64,000 nucleotides of DNA, from the IMG/VR virus record IMGVR_UViG_3300017917_003143, positions 186,001 through 250,000 of that record. One strand, written 5' to 3'. A program made the position numbers and the translations under genes. The notes beneath the pieces were generated by a model that saw only the letters and a program-made list of their open reading frames with translations, did not search any database and was not told the DNA's origin. Below are positions 33,353-44,113 of this stretch, in pieces (the stretch's first letter is position 1; every line of letters starts with the position of its first letter).

Positions 33353-33473
33353 CCTTTGTTAATTTTTTATATCTTGCGGTAGGGTTCTGGTTGGGTTGGT
33401 TTATTGGCCAACCCATCATAGACTTTATTCCTAAACTCATTCGTGAGATCCGTGAAACACGCTGGAGGCAGTA

Positions 33474-33806
33474 ATGAAGTGGTTTGACAAGTTTTTGTAT
33501 CGCAAACTGCGAGACATGTGGGATAATAAACACAAGTACAATCACTACCTTGAAGAAGATAGCATTAAAGTACCAAGAGGAATAGGCATGAATCAAATAG
33601 CAGTGGCTGAAGAATCAGTGGGTTGGGAAGACGGCCTACGTATCAATGTTAAAAAAGTGATCGGTGGTTTTGTTGTGAGCTTCCGCAACTACGATCGTAA
33701 AATGGATCGTAACATAGAGCGTCACTACATCATCACAGACGAGCAAGACTTCAATGTCGAACTTGGTAAAATGATTACCATGGAATCAATGAAGCAAACG
33801 GCATGA
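33474..33806 (+). CDS. hypothetical protein
   Basis: ORF track. Confidence 0.7.
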   Translation: MKWFDKFLYRKLRDMWDNKHKYNHYLEEDSIKVPRGIGMNQIAVAEESVGWEDGLRINVKKVIGGFVVSFRNYDRKMDRNIERHYIITDEQDFNVELGKMITMESMKQTA

Positions 33807-34147
33807 TCAAAAACATCTCTACCCATAGTCCGAGATGGATGTCAGTGTACAGTCCTAGCCAGAGTCCATACATCAGCCCTGGTTCCATGAGTGCCGGAAT
33901 GGTGCGCTATAACAGTAGCTCGCAGAATCTAGAAGTCTACGATGGCAACGCTTGGTTAGCACTCAGTGGATCAGCAGATGTGGGGCTCAGTCCCGAAGCA
34001 CAGCAGGTCATGGACTGGGCATATAAAAAAATGAAAGAAGACGAAGAGTTAGAAGTGCTCATGGAAAAACATCCTGGTTTGCGTGATTTACACGAAAAAT
34101 TTGAACTTATGAAGGCCTTGGTAGCCGAAGACGTTAAAAACTCGTGA
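33803..34147 (+). CDS. hypothetical protein
   Basis: ATGA overlap. Confidence 0.7.
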   Translation: MIKNISTHSPRWMSVYSPSQSPYISPGSMSAGMVRYNSSSQNLEVYDGNAWLALSGSADVGLSPEAQQVMDWAYKKMKEDEELEVLMEKHPGLRDLHEKFELMKALVAEDVKNS

Positions 34148-34190
34148 AATAAAGATCAAAAAGGTAAAACTGATCTAAAACCTATATTAC

Positions 34191-34214
34191 AACCGCCGCT
34201 ATGGCGGTTTTTTT
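34191..34214 (+). terminator. intrinsic terminator
   Basis: AACCGCC-GCTAT-GGCGGTT followed by T-run. Confidence 0.85.
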
Positions 34215-34259
34215 ATGGCATAAACTACGCCTATTTCTTTTTTGCCATTAAATAGATGT

Positions 34260-34463
34260 ATGGAAAATCAAACCGTTAACTTAGCAGTATCTGATCTTAT
34301 CATGCTTCAAAGCATAGTACAGGTAGCCTGTGAACGTGGTGCATTTCGAGCAGAAGAAATGAGCCAGATTGGACAATGCTATGATCGTCTCAGCGCATGG
34401 TTGGCGCAAATGGCTCCGCCACAAGAAACATCACAGCAACCAGAAGAACCCAAAGGAGAATGA
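34260..34463 (+). CDS. hypothetical protein
   Basis: TAAATA upstream; MENQTVNL. Confidence 0.7.
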   Translation: MENQTVNLAVSDLIMLQSIVQVACERGAFRAEEMSQIGQCYDRLSAWLAQMAPPQETSQQPEEPKGE

Positions 34464-34465
34464 CA

Positions 34466-35170
34466 ATGTTCATCAAACACGTAGGTAAACAAGGCGACCG
34501 CAGGGTAGCCATAGTATTTAGAGAAGTACCTGGAGAGGACCATATGTGTTTGGTCGTTTATCCAGATGTCATGCCCAGTCACATGCATGATGCGTTAATG
34601 AAAGCTATCGAGTCACCTGAAGCACAAACATCAGAACAGTTGGCTGACGCTATCCATCGTTCGCTATTCCCAGATGGTCGTCCCATGCTCACTGCCCTGC
34701 ATGCTGAAGGTATGTTGAAAAAAGTACAGACCGAAACCATCGTGGTCACACCTGCTCCTAACAGCTCATGCAAACTCAGCGAACTCAATAGCATTTTGCG
34801 TCAGATGAAGGAAGGCAAACAAGCTGTACAAAAATTAGCCGAGCTAGATGCCAATTCTGGTATCACAGGCAAAGCTTCGCGCAAGGATGACTTTGGTCGA
34901 GAGTTACGTCCGCCTCCACAAGCTCGCAACAACTTGGCCGGATCTACCGTACCTGGAGTAGGCATGGGTGCGCTGGATGATGGTGCATTAGCTGAAAATC
35001 TACGCCAGCAGGCAGCCAAGATGGAAGCAGAAGCAAAAGGCTTGCTCGCTGAGAGTGCCAGATTGCAGAAAGAAGCTGCCTCATTGTCTGGTGCTGTTCC
35101 AGAAACCACTGCCGCTAAGAAACGCGGTCGTCCAAGCAAACAGGCGGTGGCGGATGCGGCTCAAGGTTGA
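34466..35170 (+). CDS. hypothetical protein with C-terminal AT-hook-like KKRGRP
   Basis: AAGGAG SD; MFIKHVGKQG. Confidence 0.8.
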   Translation: MFIKHVGKQGDRRVAIVFREVPGEDHMCLVVYPDVMPSHMHDALMKAIESPEAQTSEQLADAIHRSLFPDGRPMLTALHAEGMLKKVQTETIVVTPAPNSSCKLSELNSILRQMKEGKQAVQKLAELDANSGITGKASRKDDFGRELRPPPQARNNLAGSTVPGVGMGALDDGALAENLRQQAAKMEAEAKGLLAESARLQKEAASLSGAVPETTAAKKRGRPSKQAVADAAQG

Positions 35171-35456
35171 TGAAGTAGAAAAATGGGAAGAGGTCGTCTC
35201 TTCAGTAGAGAAAGATCATATTCCCATTGATTGTGTTAAGAAAGTCACGTTAAAACTGCGTGGCAATCGACAAAAAACTATCAATCTCGAAACTTTGCGA
35301 CGCAATGGTCTTGACATTGAAGAAATCGAAAGTGTTGTTTCAAGGACTATGTCGGAACTTGGAAAAGATTTAATCAATGTTGATTTTGTGATTGATGTCA
35401 AAACTGTGGCTGAGCATGTTCAGCCCATGACTGATAAAATTTTAAGTAAACTATGA
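35154..35456 (+). CDS. hypothetical protein
   Basis: ORF track; start reassigned. Confidence 0.7.
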   Translation: MRLKVDEVEKWEEVVSSVEKDHIPIDCVKKVTLKLRGNRQKTINLETLRRNGLDIEEIESVVSRTMSELGKDLINVDFVIDVKTVAEHVQPMTDKILSKL

Positions 35457-36145
35457 ATGTTAAACTTGTCTCTTACTCCCAGCCCACTGGTGAGTTTAGA
35501 GACATGGGTATCGAAGATGCGCAAGAACTTATTGCGTATTGTGCCCGTGTCTCCAACCCAGCCAACCAATTCAATACAGAAACATCTGAACGACTCATTA
35601 GATACCTTGTCAAGCACAAGCACTGGTCACCACTTGAGATGGTCTCAGCCTGCTGTGAGATCACGACAACCCGAGACATTGCCCGACAGATTCTACGTCA
35701 CAGAAGTTTCTCCTTTCAAGAGTTCTCCCAGCGATATGCTGATCCTACAGCTGAGCTTGACGAAGCGTTTGTGTTACGTGAGGCAAGATTCCAGGACACA
35801 AAGAATCGACAGAACAGTGTAGAACTTGATCCTACAGATGAGGCACAAAAGTTATTAGCATATGAATGGGAACGTGCTCAAAAACGAGTGCTGTTCTCTG
35901 TCAAGCAGGAATACTCTTGGGCTATCAAAAATGGCATTGCCAAAGAACAAGCTCGTGCTGTACTACCCGAAGGACTCACTGTGAGTCGTATGTACATGAA
36001 TGGCACACTTCGTAGCTGGGTACACTTTATCGAACTTCGTGGCGGAAACGGTACTCAGAAAGAACACATGCAGATTGCACATGCCTGTGCTCAAGTCATT
36101 GCTGAAATATTTCCAATGGCCGCAGACTTGGTTGCAAACCCCTAG
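35453..36145 (+). CDS. thyX: FAD-dependent thymidylate synthase
   Basis: RQILRHRSFSFQEFSQRY; EQARAVLP. Confidence 0.97.
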   Translation: MNVKLVSYSQPTGEFRDMGIEDAQELIAYCARVSNPANQFNTETSERLIRYLVKHKHWSPLEMVSACCEITTTRDIARQILRHRSFSFQEFSQRYADPTAELDEAFVLREARFQDTKNRQNSVELDPTDEAQKLLAYEWERAQKRVLFSVKQEYSWAIKNGIAKEQARAVLPEGLTVSRMYMNGTLRSWVHFIELRGGNGTQKEHMQIAHACAQVIAEIFPMAADLVANP

Positions 36146-36160
36146 CATCTCTGTTAAAAT

Positions 36161-36400
36161 ATGACTATGAAAGTCATATTTCATTCCTTTACCATGGGCG
36201 ATGTAGACGATATTGATATCTACGTCGCCCAACCTATATGGGAATGGCAACAAACTGACAAGGGAAAATGGGTCATGGCCAACGCCAGCGATCTTAAGTA
36301 TTATACACATGCTGATCACAATACATTTGGGCACAGAGTTACAATACGCGGCGAGCTAGAAGATATCAAAGCGACGGAATATTTTTTAAAATGGAAGTAA
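36161..36400 (+). CDS. hypothetical protein
   Basis: ORF track. Confidence 0.7.
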   Translation: MTMKVIFHSFTMGDVDDIDIYVAQPIWEWQQTDKGKWVMANASDLKYYTHADHNTFGHRVTIRGELEDIKATEYFLKWK

Positions 36401-37104
36401 AAAACAAGCACCATCTATCGTTACTGTTAATGGATCAACGAGCAACATCGGGTCAACAGTTGTGGATCAGTGGCTGTAGTTTTGCACACGGACTAGAACT
36501 TCAAGATCAAAATGATCGATACGGCCAAATTGTGTCTGACTTTTTTAAAATTCCAGTAAGTTTTTTATCTCATGGCGGTGCCAGCATTGAATGGGCCGCT
36601 GATCAAATCATTAGAAGTGATATTCGAGAAAATGACATCGTTGTTTGGGGAATAACTGGTGTTAATCGAATATCACATTTTACCGATGATGGATCATTGA
36701 TACATTTGCTTCCTACAAAGTTCAATGAGAACCATCCTTTCTTTCATACAATACAGAACGAGCTTTGGGCAAAAAATTTCTGGATTGAGCTATTAAACGA
36801 AAAATCCAGAGTACATTATGCTATTAGGTCAATTGAACAAGTGATTTCTTTTTGTTCCAAGATCAATGCAAATTTAGTTTTGTGCTGTCACTCTGAACTA
36901 TCGACTCCAGAGCAGGCCAACATATTATTAGACTACTTGGACCATACCGGTTACTATTTAGATCTTTATCAAACACTAAAACAATCATCACGTTATTTAG
37001 ATTATGCATCAGACAAACGTCATCCGGGACCAGCTACTCATAAAGTTTGGGCAGAGTCTATAATCGATTATATACAGAACAAAGGATTTATCAATGAAGC
37101 ATAA
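36391..37104 (+). CDS. SGNH hydrolase-like protein
   Basis: SGCSFAHG; DKRHPGPATH. Confidence 0.65.
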   Translation: MEVKNKHHLSLLLMDQRATSGQQLWISGCSFAHGLELQDQNDRYGQIVSDFFKIPVSFLSHGGASIEWAADQIIRSDIRENDIVVWGITGVNRISHFTDDGSLIHLLPTKFNENHPFFHTIQNELWAKNFWIELLNEKSRVHYAIRSIEQVISFCSKINANLVLCCHSELSTPEQANILLDYLDHTGYYLDLYQTLKQSSRYLDYASDKRHPGPATHKVWAESIIDYIQNKGFINEA

Positions 37105-38074
37105 AATTTTAGTAACAGGTGGACTAGGCCTGATTGGGCACAATGTAGTTCGACGACTATTAGATCTTGGCCACGAAGTATCAATCACAGATACACGAAC
37201 CAACTATGGTCTAGTGCCGCAAGACGAACTGGACTATCTCATGACAGAACGCCGTGCAAAGATACCCGAGATGGATCTACGCACACACACCATAGACATA
37301 GCTGACCAATCCGGAATCGATTGGTTGATCAAGCATTATCAGCCCGATACTATCATACACATGGCCAGCTTTCCTAGACAAAAAGTGGTCAATGTAAATC
37401 CCATGGCAGGATCGCGGGCAATGAGTGAAGGATTATTAAACCTACTAGAAGCCGCAAAGAACAATCATGTGTGCAAGTTCATATATATTAGTAGCAGTAT
37501 GGTCTACGGTGATTTCACTGATGATGTCACCGAGGATGCCCAGTGTCGTCCTCAAGGACAGTACGGTATCATGAAACTTGCAGGAGAATGGCTTGTCAGA
37601 GATTATAGTAGGCGTGGTTTTTTTGATCATGTCGTTATTCGTCCTTCCGCTGTATACGGAGAACTCGATGTTGAAGATCGTGTTATTTCAAAGTTTTTGC
37701 TGACTGCCATGCGTGGTGGCACACTCAAAGTAAATGGTGCCAGAGAAACACTAGACTTTACCTATGTAGGTGATGCCGCAGATGGTATCGTGGCTGCGGC
37801 TTTGAGTCCCACAGCCAACAACAAGATTTATAATATAACCAAGAGTCATAGTTGGAGTTTGCTGGATGCGGCCAATCTTGCTGTGAAGATAGTGGGTCGT
37901 GGCACAGTAGAAGTGCGAGACAAAGATGCAGACTTCCCTAGTCGAGGTGCTTTAAATATTGATGCGGCTCGTAGAGATTTTGGCTACGATCCCAAGGTAG
38001 ACATCGAAGAAGGTTTCCAAAGGTATCATGAGTGGCTTAACAATTCCGTTTACTGGTCTAAAAAAACAGTATAA
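37094..38074 (+). CDS. NAD-dependent epimerase/dehydratase
   Basis: VTGGLGLIG; SSSMVYG; YGIMK. Confidence 0.95.
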   Translation: MKHKILVTGGLGLIGHNVVRRLLDLGHEVSITDTRTNYGLVPQDELDYLMTERRAKIPEMDLRTHTIDIADQSGIDWLIKHYQPDTIIHMASFPRQKVVNVNPMAGSRAMSEGLLNLLEAAKNNHVCKFIYISSSMVYGDFTDDVTEDAQCRPQGQYGIMKLAGEWLVRDYSRRGFFDHVVIRPSAVYGELDVEDRVISKFLLTAMRGGTLKVNGARETLDFTYVGDAADGIVAAALSPTANNKIYNITKSHSWSLLDAANLAVKIVGRGTVEVRDKDADFPSRGALNIDAARRDFGYDPKVDIEEGFQRYHEWLNNSVYWSKKTV

Positions 38075-39122
38075 CAATCTCCGTCAAGAGATCTTAGATG
38101 CCACAGACGAAGTTCTTCGCAGTGGTAGCCTAATGAATGGCAACAACACAGCTGAGTTTGAAGCCTGGCTGGCCAAGAAAAACAAGGTCAAATATGCTGT
38201 GTGTGTACATTCAGGCACATCTGCGTTAGAGGCCATTGCCGAATACTATGTTCAAGATCCTGGCCTTCCTAATCCACCAAAAGTTTTAATCCCTAGTTTT
38301 ACCTATGCAGCCACAGCCAATGCTTTTATACGAGCAGGCTGGGATGTACATTTCATTGACACAGATTATCACGGACTGTTTGATGTCAAAAAGATGCCCG
38401 ACATGAGTTACCAGGCAGTGGTGTTGGTTGGACTTTACGGAGCTTCTATTACCCATCTTGGAGACGTCAAACGTTGGCAAGAATGGACTTTAAACAACAA
38501 GCTAGTGATTGAGGATGCCGCACAGCACTGGCTGGCCAATGATTGTACACGTATTGGCAAGGCAGCCGCACTCAGCTTTGATCCAATGAAAAACTTACCC
38601 GCCTATGGCAATGGCGGTGCTGTAGTCACAGACGACAGTGATCTGTTTTACTTTGTTAGGTCCTGGAGAGACAATGGCAAAACCACTCACAACGAAACCG
38701 GAACCAACAGTAGAATGAGTGAAATAGATTGCGCATACATGTTGGTCAAAGCGCGGCACATTGACACATGGCAAGCACGTAGACAAAAGATTGCTACTTA
38801 CTGGAGAGAGCGGTTATCAAAAACAGAGATCCGCTGTTTGATAGACAAAGACAACTATCACAATCATGCTTACCACAAGTTTGTAATAGATGTCGACAAC
38901 AGAGATATCTTACAAAAGAATCTTGCCATCCGCAAGATTGAAACCAAAGTACACTATACACAACCTTTGCACGAGATTGGAATATTCCGACAGTATCCTG
39001 GTCCAGACATTTTAAGCTGTGCTTCAGCACTGAGCCGTCGTGTGCTGACTCTTCCACTGTATCCTGAACTAACAGACTTAGAAGTTGAGTATGTTATTGA
39101 TCAGGTGTTAGATTGCGCTTGA
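38028..39122 (+). CDS. DegT/DnrJ/EryC1/StrS aminotransferase
   Basis: SGTSAL; IEDAAQ; SFDPMKNL; LTLPLYP. Confidence 0.95.
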   Translation: MSGLTIPFTGLKKQYNNLRQEILDATDEVLRSGSLMNGNNTAEFEAWLAKKNKVKYAVCVHSGTSALEAIAEYYVQDPGLPNPPKVLIPSFTYAATANAFIRAGWDVHFIDTDYHGLFDVKKMPDMSYQAVVLVGLYGASITHLGDVKRWQEWTLNNKLVIEDAAQHWLANDCTRIGKAAALSFDPMKNLPAYGNGGAVVTDDSDLFYFVRSWRDNGKTTHNETGTNSRMSEIDCAYMLVKARHIDTWQARRQKIATYWRERLSKTEIRCLIDKDNYHNHAYHKFVIDVDNRDILQKNLAIRKIETKVHYTQPLHEIGIFRQYPGPDILSCASALSRRVLTLPLYPELTDLEVEYVIDQVLDCA

Positions 39123-40695
39123 GTAACGCATAACTGGCCAACCACGACCACTCATAGCTCTTTCTAAGAGCATCAAATTCTCCGCCTACTTCATTGTAAT
39201 AAGCCACTGCGTCTTCTGCGCCATAGATCGACCACTGCCCGTTGGGCAGTCCCATGGCCACTGTGAGCCACTTATTGAGTCTGTGCTGGCTTTCAACATC
39301 CTTTTGTCCTTGCAGTTTCAAGCACTCACGGAATGCTGTACGCCAAGCTGACCACTTGCTGTGAGCATACTCCGCGGTGCCAGACACCACAGGAACTACC
39401 TCGTGTTCATCATCAAGAGTAAAGTCAAGTCCTCGTCCTGGATTGGCCAACACCAGTCGCTGGTTGTAGGCGATCATGGCTTGATGGCCATACGTCAGAC
39501 CATTGATGGGATTGAATGCATGGAAGATGTAGTGCTTGGCGGCTTGCATGCGATCTGGTTGCCAGGCCCAATCAAACTCAGGTCTGACTCGTAGTTTGGC
39601 AAACACAGCAAAGAACCAATCAGTGTTAGAAGCATTGGCTGCCGCATGATACGCCGCCGCACGACCATTCACACCATCACTGCGCACTAATCTATTAGGT
39701 AGCCCTTGTACTGTGTCTTGTAGTATTTGCCAATTCTCTTCAGCGTTGGGCTCTCCGTTGGAAATAAACACGATATCCAAAGGCTGATCCTGACCCATTG
39801 ATCGATGTGACTTGTCAATGTTAGGATAATCGTAGAGTTGTTTTTTGAGATAGTTTTTAGCTTCTCTAGGCACTAACACAGCACCGGCGCCTGGAGTCAA
39901 TGGCACTATGGTTTTCATTTTTTCTCGCCAGAGATTGATGGCTGGCGGATTTTCTACCGCGCTGTCTCTTACAAATTGCACCACTGGATCTTGGAAGTTG
40001 TGTTCCCACACAGCAGGAACTTGACTATCATAAGTGTGTTTGACCACAGGAACAGGCAGCCGCGGTACAGAAATATTTTCTACAAAGTGTATGGTATCAA
40101 ACCATTCCAGCAAGGCAAGCTCAGATGTTTTTTGCATGAACGTAGGAACATGTACGAAAAACGTATCTCCAAACTTCTGATCATCAGAAGGAAATACGTG
40201 TAACATGTCTTGTTGCCATTCGCTGGGGTGCCAGGTAAAGTCAAAGTATGTGTAATCACAGACACTGCTCACTATCCAAACATATTCGTGTTGTGTTTTA
40301 GAAAGCACACGTCTTAGTGTTCCAAGGTAGTCTGAGATGTAGCGAGTTTTTTCTCGGCAAGAAATTCCAAGACCATTGCCATGATCAATGCCAATGCGGA
40401 TGGCAGCGCCGATCCTGCGTATCACTGGATGATTCCTATTGACGTCTTTGACACCAGTTTTGGGTATCAGATACGTACCACCGTTTTCTTGATGCTGGCT
40501 GGGCCATATGTGTGTTTGTTCAGATTCCCAGGGCACAGGTTCCCATAGCCAGTCGAAGTGAGAATAGTCATTGCGGCCGTCCACTACCCATAAGTATCGT
40601 GTGCGACTGAGTTCGCAGGCTTGCTCAATACTGTCCACCTTTCTTTCATGTGGAAACAGATATGTAGGATAATTTAAGTAAAAGACGTCAAACAT
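39094..40695 (-). CDS. two-domain glycosyltransferase-like protein
   Basis: DIVFISNGEPNAE; SAWRTAFRE motif shared with 54245..55174; start MFDVF. Confidence 0.7.
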   Translation of the reverse strand: MFDVFYLNYPTYLFPHERKVDSIEQACELSRTRYLWVVDGRNDYSHFDWLWEPVPWESEQTHIWPSQHQENGGTYLIPKTGVKDVNRNHPVIRRIGAAIRIGIDHGNGLGISCREKTRYISDYLGTLRRVLSKTQHEYVWIVSSVCDYTYFDFTWHPSEWQQDMLHVFPSDDQKFGDTFFVHVPTFMQKTSELALLEWFDTIHFVENISVPRLPVPVVKHTYDSQVPAVWEHNFQDPVVQFVRDSAVENPPAINLWREKMKTIVPLTPGAGAVLVPREAKNYLKKQLYDYPNIDKSHRSMGQDQPLDIVFISNGEPNAEENWQILQDTVQGLPNRLVRSDGVNGRAAAYHAAANASNTDWFFAVFAKLRVRPEFDWAWQPDRMQAAKHYIFHAFNPINGLTYGHQAMIAYNQRLVLANPGRGLDFTLDDEHEVVPVVSGTAEYAHSKWSAWRTAFRECLKLQGQKDVESQHRLNKWLTVAMGLPNGQWSIYGAEDAVAYYNEVGGEFDALRKSYEWSWLASYALLKRNLTPDQ

Positions 40696-41743
40696 GATTC
40701 GTATCGATGAAATATATAGTAACATATTTGTCCCCAGGATACAATCTCAATCCTACCAATGCGCTCACTTTTTTGATCCTTTTGGCACAACAGCATTTGA
40801 AAATCTTTGCCAAATACCTTACATAGAAACAATAAACCGCAATTTTTTGTTCTGGGATCAAGAGCCTGTACATCCTGATGTGCATCAATCAACCTTGGAT
40901 CAGTTTTTCAAAACCTTTGAAAGCAAAGAAACTATTTTTGTTACCAGCGAGCATGACAGCGAATTCGTGGACTGGGTGTGCGATCGTTATGGTGCCAAGC
41001 CAGCTTATTACTTCTTCCATGGCTGGGCCGCACTGGACTGGTATCGTGGTTACAACAGGACGTTGTTGTCAATTGCTTTCCGAGATCGATCCGTTGAAAA
41101 AACATTCCTGTGTCCAAACAACATCGTGGGAGGAAAGCGCAGACACAGACTTGACTTGTTGAACGAGCTTGTTGATCGTGAATTGGTCGAAAATAACTTT
41201 GTAAGTTTTCCTGCTCGTTGCCCTTACGAAAACAAAACTGTGGCAGAACTATGTCAACAGTACGACATTCCTTTGGGACATGTTGAATTGCCATTGGTCA
41301 TCGACCAGGGCGTCAATCATGCTGGCAACAGCCATCAGATCGATATGTGGCCATTGGCCGATCGTAGCCTGCTACATGTGGTCACAGAAACTGTGTATCA
41401 AGGACGCAGAAACCATCTCACAGAAAAAACTTTTAAGCCCATCGTGATGCAACAACCGTTTGTTTTGGTATCTGGTCGCGGCAGTCTTGAATACTTACGG
41501 CGCTATGGATTCAAGACATTTGGAGAGTTTTGGAATGAAGATTACGATGACAAAGATGACGATGTCAGAGTCGTACGCATAGGTAAATTGCTCAACGATT
41601 TAGACAATCTCAGCGACAAAGAAAAACAACAATTACAGCATCACTTGACTGCCACTGTCGAACACAATTATAATTGGTTTTATAGTCGTGAATTTGAACA
41701 ACTATTGTGGAACGAGCTCACAGACATGATCCAATCATGGTAA
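40694..41743 (+). CDS. putative glycosyltransferase-like protein (ETV...TEKTFKP family)
   Basis: VVTETV...LTEKTFKPIVMQQPF; GFKTF. Confidence 0.6.
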   Translation: MIRIDEIYSNIFVPRIQSQSYQCAHFFDPFGTTAFENLCQIPYIETINRNFLFWDQEPVHPDVHQSTLDQFFKTFESKETIFVTSEHDSEFVDWVCDRYGAKPAYYFFHGWAALDWYRGYNRTLLSIAFRDRSVEKTFLCPNNIVGGKRRHRLDLLNELVDRELVENNFVSFPARCPYENKTVAELCQQYDIPLGHVELPLVIDQGVNHAGNSHQIDMWPLADRSLLHVVTETVYQGRRNHLTEKTFKPIVMQQPFVLVSGRGSLEYLRRYGFKTFGEFWNEDYDDKDDDVRVVRIGKLLNDLDNLSDKEKQQLQHHLTATVEHNYNWFYSREFEQLLWNELTDMIQSW

Positions 41744-42912
41744 CATTTTGTATTGACCAAATCATCAACGGAAAACCCTACCCCAATGCCGCACGTTGGG
41801 AAGCTGTTCCATACACACCTGAGTGGAGGAAATTTTCAGTCAATTGGCCCTATTCTGAACCTTTGCATTTCCTTGAATATCTTGATCGCTGGAACATACC
41901 CTATAAGTTTGTATCTTGGACACAGGCCACGAAGGATACATTTTATCCCATTAGCCTGAGCTATTTTGATTTTGGCATTGATTGGTTTGCTACCATACCA
42001 TCTATAATAAGAGAAAAGCTCAGATCAAAAAGTCTCACTCTATGGTTCTTTTACAGCGAAGGAGACAATCCTTGCCGTATACGTGATCACTTGTATGAAC
42101 AAGCTCGCCGGCACGAAGTTGATCCTAATCGAATAAGATTTACCAGCGCCAATTCTTCAGCTGATAGTATAGAAAATTTTTCTCATTTTGTTGATGATGA
42201 ATGTTTGTTCCAGTTACGCAATCAAGACGCTCCTGTGGACTATCACGAAAGACCCAGATCAAAGAAGTTCACTGCCCTGGTTAGGACTGGTAAGTGGTGG
42301 CGTGCCACGACCATGGCAAGACTATGGCGACAAGATTTACATTCTCAAGGATACTTTAGTTACAATCATGAGATATCAGTTGACGATCTTGAACAAGACA
42401 ATCCTATAGAGATTGATAGCTTTGAAAACCTGCGAGCAGATACGTACAAATTTTTAGAACATTGTCCTTTTAAAAGTGACGACTTGTCCAGCGATCAACA
42501 CAATCTCTATGCTACCACAGTGAGAGAGCACTTTGAAAACAGCTACCTCAATGTAATATTAGAAACTCACATGGATGTTGATCAAAGTGGCGGAGTGTTT
42601 CTAACTGAAAAAACATTTAAACCTATCAAGAACTGCCAGCCCTTTGTTGTAGTAGGTGCCGCTGGCAGTATCGCACAATTAAAGAAAATGGGGTATCGTA
42701 CATTCGATCATGTGATTGATCATTCCTATGACAGCATGGAAAATACCACACAGAGATGGAACGCAGTTTGTTTGGAAATAGAAAGACTGCTGTCTACAGA
42801 TTTACATGCCCTGTATCTATCTTGTCAAGAAGACTTGATATGGAATCAAAATTTATTCATAGCCGGAAAACAGGATCGTTTAAATAGCTTACTTGAGAGA
42901 TTACGTAAATGA
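41737..42912 (+). CDS. paralogue of 40694 (TEKTFKP family)
   Basis: ILETH...LTEKTFKPIKNCQPF; GYRTF. Confidence 0.6.
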   Translation: MVTFCIDQIINGKPYPNAARWEAVPYTPEWRKFSVNWPYSEPLHFLEYLDRWNIPYKFVSWTQATKDTFYPISLSYFDFGIDWFATIPSIIREKLRSKSLTLWFFYSEGDNPCRIRDHLYEQARRHEVDPNRIRFTSANSSADSIENFSHFVDDECLFQLRNQDAPVDYHERPRSKKFTALVRTGKWWRATTMARLWRQDLHSQGYFSYNHEISVDDLEQDNPIEIDSFENLRADTYKFLEHCPFKSDDLSSDQHNLYATTVREHFENSYLNVILETHMDVDQSGGVFLTEKTFKPIKNCQPFVVVGAAGSIAQLKKMGYRTFDHVIDHSYDSMENTTQRWNAVCLEIERLLSTDLHALYLSCQEDLIWNQNLFIAGKQDRLNSLLERLRK

Positions 42913-43952
42913 ACACACCAATTATAAACAGTTTTACCAGCTGGCAACCGCTTGAAGAAGTCATAGTAGGACGTGCTATCACAGCTGATTACTTTGATTA
43001 TCTTGAAGACAAAAATCTTTATGCTCAGTTGGCGCAGATACTCAACGAAACTGCTGAAGACCTTGATAACTTACAAAAGGTCATCGAAACATACGGAGCC
43101 GTTGTTCGCCGGCCCACCCTGATTGACAAGAATTTTTGGCAAGAATTAGTACTCAGCGGACAACAACCTCCACTGCCGCCGTTGACCCCTAGAGATTGGC
43201 AAATCACCTTGGGCAACAAACTTTTACGTATACTACCTATTCCTGAATTACACGATGTAATCGATCACTATAAATCACTTGAACCAGAGTCTGTGATTGA
43301 CCCTCATGGACACGAGTTTGACGATAACTTCATTCTCAACGGTGCCAGTGCTAGTTGTATCGTTCGTGTAGGACGCGATGTGTTTTTTGATAACAGCGAC
43401 TATCTCAAACCAGAACAAACACGCTGGATCGTGGACAATGTCTTAGGTCCTGAGTATCGCATACACGAAGCCATCACAGATGGGCACGGCGATGCTGTAT
43501 TTGCTATATTAAAACCCGGTGTGATACTTTCCAGCAAGCACGATGTCAACTTGAATCTTGCAGGAGATTTTCCAGGTTGGGAAGTTTGTAAACTATGGGA
43601 TGCCAGCATCGAAGCCGCGCTGGCAGTGGGCAAATTCAAAGAAGAAAACTTCAATGGACGCTGGTATGTCCAAGGTCAAACTACCACTCCTGAGTTCACT
43701 AACTTTGTAGACAAGTATCTAAGCCAGTGGGTTGGATACGTGAGTGAGACTGTATTTGATGTGAACTGCTTGGTCTTGGACGAAGAGAATGTGATTTTCT
43801 CGGCTTACAATAAACAGGTTTTTGATTTTTGCGAGAAACATCGAATCAACCCAATCATTTCAGAACTACGACACAGTTATTTCTGGGACGGAGGTGTGAG
43901 TTGCTGTACACAAGACATCCGTCGACGCGGTGGATTAGAAACTTATCTATAA
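42909..43952 (+). CDS. amidinotransferase family protein
   Basis: SWQPLEEVIVG; TPRD; HGD; C-terminal GGVSCCT. Confidence 0.85.
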   Translation: MNTPIINSFTSWQPLEEVIVGRAITADYFDYLEDKNLYAQLAQILNETAEDLDNLQKVIETYGAVVRRPTLIDKNFWQELVLSGQQPPLPPLTPRDWQITLGNKLLRILPIPELHDVIDHYKSLEPESVIDPHGHEFDDNFILNGASASCIVRVGRDVFFDNSDYLKPEQTRWIVDNVLGPEYRIHEAITDGHGDAVFAILKPGVILSSKHDVNLNLAGDFPGWEVCKLWDASIEAALAVGKFKEENFNGRWYVQGQTTTPEFTNFVDKYLSQWVGYVSETVFDVNCLVLDEENVIFSAYNKQVFDFCEKHRINPIISELRHSYFWDGGVSCCTQDIRRRGGLETYL

Positions 43953-44113
43953 TGAGACGTGCTTGGAGAATTTGGGCCAAGTCGCTGGGCGAAAAGGCTG
44001 GTGCTACAAAACAAGAAGCGGACCAAGTTGCCTTGATCCGCACTATTATCTTTTTAAGTTATTTGGTTACCAATGCTTTTATCATAGCCGGTGTAATTAG
44101 ACACTGGAACTAA
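43952..44113 (+). CDS. small membrane protein (53 aa)
   Basis: MRRAWRIWAKSLGEKAG...; one TM segment. Confidence 0.7.
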   Translation: MRRAWRIWAKSLGEKAGATKQEADQVALIRTIIFLSYLVTNAFIIAGVIRHWN

